A DNA stretch of 36,121 nucleotides, taken from IMG/VR virus record IMGVR_UViG_3300037755_000503, positions 1 through 36,121 of that record, one strand, 5' to 3'. Both the position numbers and the translations under genes were made by a program. Positions 10,018-17,055 of the stretch are shown one piece after another (within the stretch, counting starts at the first letter, position 1; each line of letters opens with the position of its first letter). Origin of the DNA: a virus. Taxonomy: Duplodnaviria > Caudoviricetes. The notes beneath the pieces were generated by a model that worked only from the letters and a program-made list of their open reading frames with translations, was not told where the DNA came from and ran no database searches.

Positions 10018-10194
10018 ATGAATATCAGGGTGCCCCGCGACACGCTCCTGTTCCTGGGAGGCCTGGCAGGCGCGGCACACGAGACGCTGATCGCGCCGGT
10101 GGAGCGGCCCACGCTGCTCATCTTGTTCGCCGGGATGATGGGGCTGCCGGCGTTCTTACGCGCTGACGAACGGAAGCAGGAGGACCGCGAGTGA
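10018..10194 (+). CDS. Small membrane protein of lysis cassette (58 aa)
   Basis: Two hydrophobic stretches and charged C-terminal tail; start uncertain. Confidence 0.65.
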   Translation: MNIRVPRDTLLFLGGLAGAAHETLIAPVERPTLLILFAGMMGLPAFLRADERKQEDRE

Positions 10195-10283
10195 TGATGA
10201 GCCGCTATCCGTTGTCGATGATGTACGCCTCGTCGCTGGCCGTCGCCGCGACCGTCGCGATGATCCTGGAGAGGCTGCTGTGA
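10191..10283 (+). CDS. 30-aa single-TM peptide MMMSRYPLSMMYASSLAVAATVAMILERLL
   Basis: Not in ORF track; GTGA overlaps at both ends; AGGAGG RBS upstream. Confidence 0.65.
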   Translation: MMMSRYPLSMMYASSLAVAATVAMILERLL

Positions 10284-10609
10284 GGTCGGTCGCCTGGCGG
10301 GTCAATCGGTTCCGGGAGAAGTGGCAGCTCACGATCGTCTCGGTTGGGCTGGTAGCGGTCGCTGCCGGGGGGTTCGCGCAGAACACTCAGGCGATCCGGG
10401 CCAGCCGGCAGGCGACGATCGACAACTGTGTCCGGGACCGGACCGATCTGGATCAAGGGCTGACCGCTGTAGCGAACGTCCTCATCGACACGTCCAAGTC
10501 GAGTCCCGACAATCAGACACCGGAGCGCCAGGCCGAGATCGAGGCGTATCGCAAGCGACTCATCCGCGACTTCAACGCCGGCTCCGCGGACCCTGAGGAC
10601 TGCGAGTGA
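10280..10609 (+). CDS. Single-TM protein with exported two-Cys domain (lysis accessory)
   Basis: N-terminal TM, helical C-terminus; last gene before terminator. Confidence 0.65.
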   Translation: MRSVAWRVNRFREKWQLTIVSVGLVAVAAGGFAQNTQAIRASRQATIDNCVRDRTDLDQGLTAVANVLIDTSKSSPDNQTPERQAEIEAYRKRLIRDFNAGSADPEDCE

Positions 10610-10626
10610 CGCTTGATCCCCCCAAG

Positions 10627-10674
10627 GACAACGGCCGCCCCTTCTTGCCGGGGGGGCGGCCGTTTGTCGTTTTC
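10627..10674. terminator. Intrinsic terminator, probably bidirectional
   Basis: 12-bp stem AACGGCCGCCCC/GGGGCGGCCGTT followed by TGTCGTTTTC, between convergent genes. Confidence 0.8.
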
Positions 10675-10849
10675 AGGGTCGGGTCTTCGCTCGGCGTTGC
10701 TCGTACATGCGCCGCTGTTCGGCGGAGTAGGCGGCGGCGCACTCGTCGCACACCGGTTCGCCGCGGCGGAGGTGGCGGCGGCGCCCTGCGGGGGTCCCGC
10801 AGGGCTGGGTGACCGGCCGGCCCCGACCTCGCCGCTCCTCGTCGGTCAC
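10673..10849 (-). CDS. Small basic Zn-binding, putative DNA-binding protein (58 aa)
   Basis: GTGA overlap with upstream gene; RGRGRP AT-hook-like motif and CGT...H..RGE..CxxC. Confidence 0.65.
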   Translation of the reverse strand: MTDEERRGRGRPVTQPCGTPAGRRRHLRRGEPVCDECAAAYSAEQRRMYEQRRAKTRP

Positions 10850-11064
10850 GCCTCGGTGACGTAGACCCGCCGGACTGGCTGGCACCACGGGAGGTTCTCC
10901 TGGCTGGCGTCGATGGGGTCGCCGTCGACGCTGATGACGATGATCCCGGTCGGGCCGGCGTCGAGCGACGCTGCAACCTGCTCGGTGGTGGCGGTACCGA
11001 TCCGGTCGGCGGTGTCGGCGTCGAGCAGGTCGTAGGTGCTGGTGGGGTTGCTGATCTCTGTCAT
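10846..11064 (-). CDS. Hypothetical protein (72 aa), leaderless
   Basis: ATG 6 nt after a near-consensus -10 box. Confidence 0.75.
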   Translation of the reverse strand: MTEISNPTSTYDLLDADTADRIGTATTEQVAASLDAGPTGIIVISVDGDPIDASQENLPWCQPVRRVYVTEA

Positions 11065-11108
11065 GCCTTGATTATGTCATTGAACTGGGTAGGTGTCAAT
11101 GACATAAT
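11065..11108 (-). promoter_or_regulatory. SigA-type promoter TTGACA-17-CATAAT with overlapping 13-bp inverted repeat
   Basis: -35 at 11094-11099, -10 at 11071-11076; arms ATTATGTCATTGA (11071-83) and TCAATGACATAAT (11096-108). Confidence 0.85.
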
Positions 11109-11110
11109 GC

Positions 11111-11485
11111 TCAGGGGTTGCAGGCGGCCATGTCGGCGTCGGGTGGCACGAGTTGGCCGTCGGCCCGGGCGTGCGCCTGCCAGACGCCGTCGCTGTATCC
11201 CCAGCCGGTGTCGTTCCACGAGAGCTTGCGACCGTCGGGGCAGTCGTAGGAGAACGTCGCGTTCAGGTTCAGGTTGCCGTCGGCGTCGGCGCAGCCGTTG
11301 TCGGTCACCTCTGTGGTGGGTTGGCCGACCAGCTCCGAGCACGGCTTCAGCTGGTCGCCGTCGGATTGGCGGGCGATCACGGCCGACAGCTTGTCATCGG
11401 CGCCGCCGCCTGTCTGCTGGCCGACGAGGACGCCGAGCGCGACGGCGAGGACCACGGTGAGGGCGATGACCCCGATCCGGGTCAT
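11111..11485 (-). CDS. Secreted or membrane-anchored Cys-containing protein (124 aa)
   Basis: N-terminal hydrophobic helix; four Cys in exported part. Confidence 0.75.
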   Translation of the reverse strand: MTRIGVIALTVVLAVALGVLVGQQTGGGADDKLSAVIARQSDGDQLKPCSELVGQPTTEVTDNGCADADGNLNLNATFSYDCPDGRKLSWNDTGWGYSDGVWQAHARADGQLVPPDADMAACNP

Positions 11486-11805
11486 CCTGCGTACGCCCCG
11501 TTCGACTCGTAGCAGTTGATGGCGGAGGCGTACTCAGCCCAACCGGTGAAGTGGGCGGGGCCGTGCCAGATGGGAACGTGCCGACGGTCGCCTTTGACGC
11601 CGACGAACGTGAGACCTCGTGGGTCGGGCGGGGGCGGATTCCAGTGAACGGCGAGGGTGTCGGGGTTCCACGCGACCGGGAAGGGCTCCTCCCACGGTTC
11701 GAGCCGGACGCAGCCGGACGGGTAGATCTCGCAGCCCGCCAGGCCGGCGGTGAGGGTCGCTACGGCGATGAGCGGTAGCAGGGTGAGGGTGAGTCGTCGG
11801 ATCAT
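11482..11805 (-). CDS. Lipoprotein (107 aa)
   Basis: MIRR + hydrophobic helix + LAGC lipobox; leaderless start at 11805. Confidence 0.75.
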   Translation of the reverse strand: MIRRLTLTLLPLIAVATLTAGLAGCEIYPSGCVRLEPWEEPFPVAWNPDTLAVHWNPPPPDPRGLTFVGVKGDRRHVPIWHGPAHFTGWAEYASAINCYESNGAYAG

Positions 11806-11881
11806 GCGCCCCACCGTACGCCGGTCAACGATCTGAAACAAGTACTTGACGGGTGTCGCAGGGTGGGAGCAAGATGACCCC
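11806..11881. promoter_or_regulatory. Divergent leaderless promoter pair
   Basis: Leftward TTGTTT-17-TACGGT-7-ATG; rightward TTGACG-18-CAAGAT-6-GTG; palindrome CAAGTACTTG at 11839-11848 bridges both -35 boxes. Confidence 0.7.
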
Positions 11882-12118
11882 GTGCCTCCCGAACCGTCCA
11901 CCCTTCACCGGCTCGCCGAGAAAGCCCTCGGCCGACCGCCAGGAGAATGGATCCACGAACGCAGGGCCGCCGGCCTGACCCTTCGCGAGGTCGCCGCCGA
12001 GTTGGACGCCTTCACCGGCGTCGACGACTTCGTCTCCTACGAGGCCATCCGCAGTTGGCACGCCACATGGCGCGAGGTCGTGGACCGGCTCGAGGCCGAG
12101 GTCGGTGGTGCCGCATGA
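11882..12118 (+). CDS. Cro-like HTH protein (78 aa)
   Basis: RRAAGLTLREVAAEL...VSYEAIRSW; first gene of rightward early operon. Confidence 0.75.
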   Translation: MPPEPSTLHRLAEKALGRPPGEWIHERRAAGLTLREVAAELDAFTGVDDFVSYEAIRSWHATWREVVDRLEAEVGGAA

Positions 12119-12435
12119 CGACCTCCACGCTGATGAAGACCGTCGAGGTCGCCGAGCTGTTCCAGGTCTGCCCCCGCACCGAGTCGCAGCTGAAGTCGCT
12201 CACCGAGCACGCCGTCGAAGCCCAGCTGTTCGCCGATGAGATGGAACGCAGCCACCCCGCCACCCACATCGCCAGCACGGCCCGAGGTGAGGCCCTCGGC
12301 TGGAAGCACGCCCTCCTCCTGATGGGCGGCACTATGCCCGACCTCGACAGCGGACCGGCCACCGTCTGCGTCTCGCACTGCTGTGGCGAGAACGACCCGC
12401 ACCCAGCGTGTGAGGCACACGGTGATGCCACGTGA
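12115..12435 (+). CDS. Hypothetical protein with excisionase/BldC-like N-terminal fragment (106 aa)
   Basis: LMKTVEVAELFQVCPRT then unrelated sequence. Confidence 0.55.
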   Translation: MTTSTLMKTVEVAELFQVCPRTESQLKSLTEHAVEAQLFADEMERSHPATHIASTARGEALGWKHALLLMGGTMPDLDSGPATVCVSHCCGENDPHPACEAHGDAT

Positions 12436-12605
12436 CCCCGCTCGCCCGCTGCCCCGTCTGCGACGGACCCGTCTGGTACGACACGACCGGCGCCGTCTCC
12501 TGCATCCGCAAGGGACGCGCGCACTTCCACATCCCCCGCGCCCATCAGCGTGTCCAGGCCGGCGAAACCCTCGCCGACGTCATCGCCGGGGCGGTGGCCG
12601 AGTGA
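12432..12605 (+). CDS. Small Zn-ribbon-like protein (57 aa)
   Basis: MTPLARCPVCDGPVWYD...; GTGA overlaps both ends; not in ORF track. Confidence 0.6.
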   Translation: MTPLARCPVCDGPVWYDTTGAVSCIRKGRAHFHIPRAHQRVQAGETLADVIAGAVAE

Positions 12606-12847
12606 CCTGCGACCGCAAGCTCCGCGTCGGGGCCATGACCATCGAGTGCGACGCCGAGGACGGCCACCTCACCCGTGGCATCGACATCAAGCACCAGGGC
12701 CAGGCCCCCGAGTCCGTCACCCGCGTCATCTGGCTGGAGGGTGACCGGCGCAGCTACACCGGCGAGTACGTCCCGTGCGGGCTTCCCGTCCGCCGTGGCC
12801 AGGTGTGCACGCTCCCGTTGCGCCATCACGGGAGCCACGTCGCATGA
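12602..12847 (+). CDS. Small Cys/His protein (81 aa)
   Basis: GTG start overlapping prior stop; C...CTLPLRHHGSH. Confidence 0.6.
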   Translation: MTCDRKLRVGAMTIECDAEDGHLTRGIDIKHQGQAPESVTRVIWLEGDRRSYTGEYVPCGLPVRRGQVCTLPLRHHGSHVA

Positions 12848-12957
12848 CCGGCCTCGTGCTCCTCGCCATCGTCGCCGTCCTGTTGGCCGGGCCTGACGTC
12901 CTGGCCACCGGTGCCTTCACCGCCGTGTTCTGGCTGATCGGCCGGGTGGCCCCGTGA
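12844..12957 (+). CDS. Small membrane peptide (37 aa)
   Basis: ATGA/GTGA coupling; hydrophobic. Confidence 0.55.
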   Translation: MTGLVLLAIVAVLLAGPDVLATGAFTAVFWLIGRVAP

Positions 12958-13418
12958 CCGCCCCGGGGCCTTACGACTTCCGCCGTGCCCGTGGGGCCAT
13001 CCGCCCTGCACCCGGCACCCCACCCGCCGAGGACGTCATCCGCCGCATCCGCGACCGAGCCCCGGACCCGTTCCCGCACCACCCCGGGGACTTGTCGGAG
13101 GCCGACCTCCGAGCCATGTCCGAGAACACCGAGCTGGATGCCGCCATCGCAGCACACCATTCGCTCGACGATGGGGACCGCGTCGTCATCGACGAGGCCT
13201 ACGACCTGACCGAGGCCGACCTACGCCGCGCCATCTGGACGCACGACGCCCCGCCCGAGCAGGTCGACATCGACGCCATGCACGCCTGGCAGGCCGTCCA
13301 GTGGCCACCCCATCCCCGCCGCCGGGCGGTCATCGCCTGGGTCGGGCTCGCCATCGGGCTCGCCTCCGTCGCCGCCATCTGCATCTCCATCGGCCTCCTC
13401 ATCGAATCGCACCTGTAG
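12954..13418 (+). CDS. Hypothetical protein with C-terminal TM (154 aa)
   Basis: Internal DL(S/T)EADLR repeat; C-terminal hydrophobic helix. Confidence 0.65.
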   Translation: MTAPGPYDFRRARGAIRPAPGTPPAEDVIRRIRDRAPDPFPHHPGDLSEADLRAMSENTELDAAIAAHHSLDDGDRVVIDEAYDLTEADLRRAIWTHDAPPEQVDIDAMHAWQAVQWPPHPRRRAVIAWVGLAIGLASVAAICISIGLLIESHL

Positions 13419-13492
13419 CCCGACCGCAACCAAACGTCAACCGGTGGCCGCACCCGGCCACCCGCCTTCAACGCGTCCCGAAAGGACACCTG

Positions 13493-13726
13493 ATGGACTA
13501 CATCCTCGGCAACCGCTGGCACGTAGTTGGGCTACTGAACGGTGACCCGGATGTCCCGCGCACGCTGTGCGGTGCCCGAGTCGACTTCACGCTCGGCACC
13601 GTCCGCACCGCACGCGACCTCGTCCGCACCAAGGCGGAACTCTGCCGCTCATGCGACAAGGCCACCGGGGCGCAGGCATCTGACGAGATCTACGCCACCG
13701 CACTAGGCGCAGGAGGTCAGCCATGA
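13493..13726 (+). CDS. Small Zn-finger-like protein (77 aa)
   Basis: GAAAGGA RBS; H...TLCG...CRSC. Confidence 0.65.
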   Translation: MDYILGNRWHVVGLLNGDPDVPRTLCGARVDFTLGTVRTARDLVRTKAELCRSCDKATGAQASDEIYATALGAGGQP

Positions 13727-14370
13727 CCAGGCTCCGTTCCCTCCTGACCCGCATCCGTGACACCCGGTCCGGTGCCACCACCGACCCGCTCGGCCTCGGC
13801 GAACCGGCCGAAAATATGCCAGCAGATATACCGGCCGAACCGCTCGAGCCGGAGTCCCCGCCGGTCGACCCGTGGCTCGACGCCATCACCCCCACGGTCG
13901 GCGAGGACACCGACCCGGGCGGCGCCGACCTCGCCTCACCCGACCCCGAACCGCACCACCGGGCCGGGGCCATCGTCACCGCCCAGACCAAGTACCCGGG
14001 CGGTCGCCGCTGCACCGTCGTCGGATGCGGCGCCCCCTGCGTCGCCGACGTGTGCGTGCCGTGCACCGCCGCCGGCCGGATCCCCGCTCACGTCAACGTG
14101 TACGTGGCGCCGTACTGCGAACGGATCCTGCCCGACCCGCCGCTCCACCTGCTCGACGGTGCCGGGTTCGTCCTTGAACCGCTCGACCTCGCCGACGGTT
14201 GGTTCGTCGCCGGTCCCGAGGATGACGCCGCCGATTTCGAAGAGGCCCGGGACCGGTTGCGGGGCGAGATCTTCGGCCGGATCCACCCGTCGATCGCCCC
14301 CGCCGAACAGGCACCGACCGTCGCCTACCTGAACCGGATGCTCGGAGTCGACGGCGGAGACGCAGCATGA
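13723..14370 (+). CDS. Hypothetical protein (215 aa), Pro/acidic N-terminus and Cys cluster
   Basis: AGGAGG RBS; ATGA coupling. Confidence 0.65.
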   Translation: MTRLRSLLTRIRDTRSGATTDPLGLGEPAENMPADIPAEPLEPESPPVDPWLDAITPTVGEDTDPGGADLASPDPEPHHRAGAIVTAQTKYPGGRRCTVVGCGAPCVADVCVPCTAAGRIPAHVNVYVAPYCERILPDPPLHLLDGAGFVLEPLDLADGWFVAGPEDDAADFEEARDRLRGEIFGRIHPSIAPAEQAPTVAYLNRMLGVDGGDAA

Positions 14371-14657
14371 GCGCCCCCGAGACGCGCGCCTACACGGTCT
14401 CAGTCCAGACGATCGACGCGTCACCTGACCTCGCCACCATCCGGCTACGCACCGCCACTGCCCTCTACGACATCGACGTCGAATGGCTGACTGCCCGATC
14501 CAGCGCCGCCCTCTTGGTGGACACCACGAGGGTCGTGCAGGTTCCCACCTGGGAAGGCGTCCAGATCCCGGACGACCTGACTGTCGGCCCAGTCGCTGCC
14601 CTCCTGTGCTGGAAGCGTGGAGTGACCGACGCCAACAGCGCGGGCGGTGACGCATGA
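14367..14657 (+). CDS. Hypothetical protein (96 aa)
   Basis: ATGA coupling; GGAG RBS. Confidence 0.6.
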   Translation: MSAPETRAYTVSVQTIDASPDLATIRLRTATALYDIDVEWLTARSSAALLVDTTRVVQVPTWEGVQIPDDLTVGPVAALLCWKRGVTDANSAGGDA

Positions 14658-14932
14658 CCGGCGTCCGGATGGTCACAGCGCAGATCACCGAGGACGGGCC
14701 GCTCCAGGGCGCCGAGGTCCGCATCTCGTGGCTCCCCAACGAGATCCGTCCGTTCGTCGAGGTGCACCTCCCCGCGATCGGCGACCACCCCGAACAGTGG
14801 ATCGCTATCCAGACCGCCGACCGGCTCATCACCAAGCTCACCGACGCCGCCGACCCGTTCGCCGAGGTCGCCGCCTCCCACGACGACCGAGCGGTCGCAC
14901 GCACGGAACGGCGGCTCCGCGATGCCGGCTGA
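14654..14932 (+). CDS. Hypothetical protein (92 aa)
   Basis: ATGA coupling; C-terminus shared with 15083-15484. Confidence 0.65.
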   Translation: MTGVRMVTAQITEDGPLQGAEVRISWLPNEIRPFVEVHLPAIGDHPEQWIAIQTADRLITKLTDAADPFAEVAASHDDRAVARTERRLRDAG

Positions 14933-14933
14933 C
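14852..14933 (+). repeat. Direct repeat copy 1 (21 bp + 27-bp extra + 34 bp)
   Basis: Both blocks match 15431-15485 exactly. Confidence 0.9.
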
Positions 14934-15086
14934 GCGCTCCTGATCATGGTGACGCTCACTGTCGCCGTCGTGGCGATACGCATCCTGCTCGACCTCGGCG
15001 CCCACGTCAGCCGGTACCGGCGCTACACGCGCAGCTACCCCGCCACGCGCTCGATGCGCGGCCGAGTGTGGCGGTCGACACGATGA
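14922..15086 (+). CDS. Small TM + basic-tail peptide (54 aa)
   Basis: MPADALLIMVTLTVAVVAIRILL...; stop overlaps next ATG; not in ORF track. Confidence 0.6.
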   Translation: MPADALLIMVTLTVAVVAIRILLDLGAHVSRYRRYTRSYPATRSMRGRVWRSTR

Positions 15087-15484
15087 CCGCCATCGAGATC
15101 CGGTACACCGACGTGCTCGACGTGACCGGCACCAGCGACCATCAGCTCTGCCACTGGGCACGCGACGGGTTCATCCCCGGCATGCCCGTGTGGCACGGGT
15201 CCGGGAGGCGACGCTCGTGGACCTACGACCAGATCCGCCACACCCGAACGCTCCGCCTCATCAGCGAAGCGAACCCCAACCTCAGCCGGTGGATGCTGCG
15301 TTCCATCAGCGACCGGCTCGCCGCCGCCCCCTGGACGATCCCGTTCGTGGAGCAGGTCTCCACCCACGTCCGCATGGTGGTCGACCTCCCGACGATCGAC
15401 ACTGAGGTCACCGAAGCCCTCGCCCGAGTGGACCCGTTCGCCGAGGTCGCCCGCACGGAACGGCGGCTCCGCGATGCCGGCTGA
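15083..15484 (+). CDS. MerR-family HTH protein (133 aa)
   Basis: VLDVTGTSDHQLCHWARDGFI...GSGRRRSWTYDQI. Confidence 0.75.
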   Translation: MTAIEIRYTDVLDVTGTSDHQLCHWARDGFIPGMPVWHGSGRRRSWTYDQIRHTRTLRLISEANPNLSRWMLRSISDRLAAAPWTIPFVEQVSTHVRMVVDLPTIDTEVTEALARVDPFAEVARTERRLRDAG

Positions 15485-15485
15485 C
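15431..15485 (+). repeat. Direct repeat copy 2 (55 bp)
   Basis: Identical to 14852-14872 joined to 14900-14933. Confidence 0.9.
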
Positions 15486-15707
15486 TCCCCGCACTTCTGT
15501 CACGCCCGCGAGTGCGACGTGAAGGTCGCACCGAAGCTGCTCATGTGCGGGCCGCACTGGCGGAAGGTCCCTCACCGACTGAGGCGTGCCGTGTGGGACA
15601 CCTACGTGCCCGGCCAGGAGATCAGCAAGCAGCCGTCGGGCGCCTACCTCCGTGCCGCCGAGGCCGCGATCGACGCGGTCGCAAGAGCCGAGGGACTGGC
15701 CTCGTGA
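15474..15707 (+). CDS. Small Cys/His protein (77 aa)
   Basis: HFCHARECD...LMCGPHW. Confidence 0.7.
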   Translation: MPADSPHFCHARECDVKVAPKLLMCGPHWRKVPHRLRRAVWDTYVPGQEISKQPSGAYLRAAEAAIDAVARAEGLAS

Positions 15708-16699
15708 CGGTCTCCGCGCTGGGCAACGCCCGGGTCGTCGCCGACGTACGCGACATGCCGCGCCCCGAGTGGCTAGCACTGCGGCGCACCGGGATCGGCG
15801 GATCCGACGCCGCCGCCATCTGCGGCCAGAGCCAGTACAAGAGCGCCCTGGAGGTCTGGCTCGAGAAGACCGGCGCCATCGGCGAGCAGCCCGACAACGA
15901 ACGCATGTGGTGGGGTCGCGAGCTCGAGGACAAGATCGCCTACAAGCTCTCCGAGAAGACCGGTGTTGAGCTCACCAAGGTCGGCGCGCTCCTGGCCCAC
16001 CCCGAACACGAATGGATGCTCGCCAGCCCCGACCGTGCCGCTTGGGACCCGAGGCGCATCGGGCTCGGAGCCGAGGTCGGAATCTCCGAGCTGAAGACTG
16101 CCGGCTACTTCCCCGGCCAGGAGTGGAAGGGGCGCGACGCCAAGGTGCCCGACGCCTACGTCCTCCAGGGCATGCACTACCTCGCCGTCTGCAACCTGCC
16201 GTTCGTGCTGTTCGGCTGCCTCATCGACTTCGAAGTTGTCCCGCTCATGGTCGAGCGCGACGACGAGCTGATCGCCCTCCTCATGGACCGTGAGGCCGAG
16301 TTCTGGGAGATGGTCACCGAACGCCGGCCGCCACCTCCCGACGGCAGCAAGGCGACCACCGACCTGCTCACGGCGCTGTACGACCTGAAGCCCGGCGCCG
16401 TAGTCACGCTCGACCCGGCTGAGGTCGAACCGATCGTGGAGATGCGCGCCATCGCCGCCGCCGCTGAGAAGGCCGCCAAGGCGCAGAAGGACGAGGCGAG
16501 CAACCGGCTGCGCCGGATGATCGGCGAACACGAGATCGCCAATGCACCCGACGGCCGGAAGCTTTTCAGCTGGAAGCAGGTCACGACCCACAAGGTCGAC
16601 ACCGGGCTGCTCGCCCAGGTCCACACCGAGATCGTCGAGGGCTTCATCCGCCCGTCGACGTACCGGACCATCCACGTCCCGAAGAGGAAGAAGGCCTGA
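15704..16699 (+). CDS. YqaJ-like (lambda-exonuclease fold) recombination nuclease (331 aa)
   Basis: WLALRRTGIGGSD, LASPD, ELKT, Y.LQ.MHY motifs. Confidence 0.92.
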   Translation: MTVSALGNARVVADVRDMPRPEWLALRRTGIGGSDAAAICGQSQYKSALEVWLEKTGAIGEQPDNERMWWGRELEDKIAYKLSEKTGVELTKVGALLAHPEHEWMLASPDRAAWDPRRIGLGAEVGISELKTAGYFPGQEWKGRDAKVPDAYVLQGMHYLAVCNLPFVLFGCLIDFEVVPLMVERDDELIALLMDREAEFWEMVTERRPPPPDGSKATTDLLTALYDLKPGAVVTLDPAEVEPIVEMRAIAAAAEKAAKAQKDEASNRLRRMIGEHEIANAPDGRKLFSWKQVTTHKVDTGLLAQVHTEIVEGFIRPSTYRTIHVPKRKKA

Positions 16700-17055
16700 T
16701 GAAGACGTACGTCATCTACGGCGCCAGCGACGACCTTGTCGAGGTCGAAGGCGCGATCCGCGAGGAGTACAACTGCTGGGACGAACACGGCGCCCAGCTG
16801 ACCCTGGCCTACGAGGTCGACACCGACCACATGCGCGGCGGTGTCCGCGTCCACGTGAAGTACGAACTCAGCGGGTGCTGGTCCGTCGGGATCTCCCCGC
16901 TGGACGAGGACATCCCGATCCCGGCCGACTGGACGTTCGAGCTCCGGCCCGGTTCCGAGCCCCGAGACGACGTCAGCGCTGGTCGGTACACGGCCGTCCT
17001 GTTCGCCACGGTGGACGACGACGTCAGCCTGACCCGGGACGGAGCCGAGGACTGA
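16699..17055 (+). CDS. Hypothetical protein (118 aa)
   Basis: YGASDDLVEVEG motif; TGATG coupling at both ends. Confidence 0.8.
   Translation: MKTYVIYGASDDLVEVEGAIREEYNCWDEHGAQLTLAYEVDTDHMRGGVRVHVKYELSGCWSVGISPLDEDIPIPADWTFELRPGSEPRDDVSAGRYTAVLFATVDDDVSLTRDGAED

Noticed and set aside
11060-11120. TTATGTCA as a dif/XerD arm for Xer-mediated integration
   Set aside because: No XerC-like arm at 6-bp spacing on either side; explained by promoter plus inverted repeat
16542-17054. 699-aa version of RecT from the ORF track
   Set aside because: The extension overlaps two real genes; the coupled ATG at 17055 is the likely start
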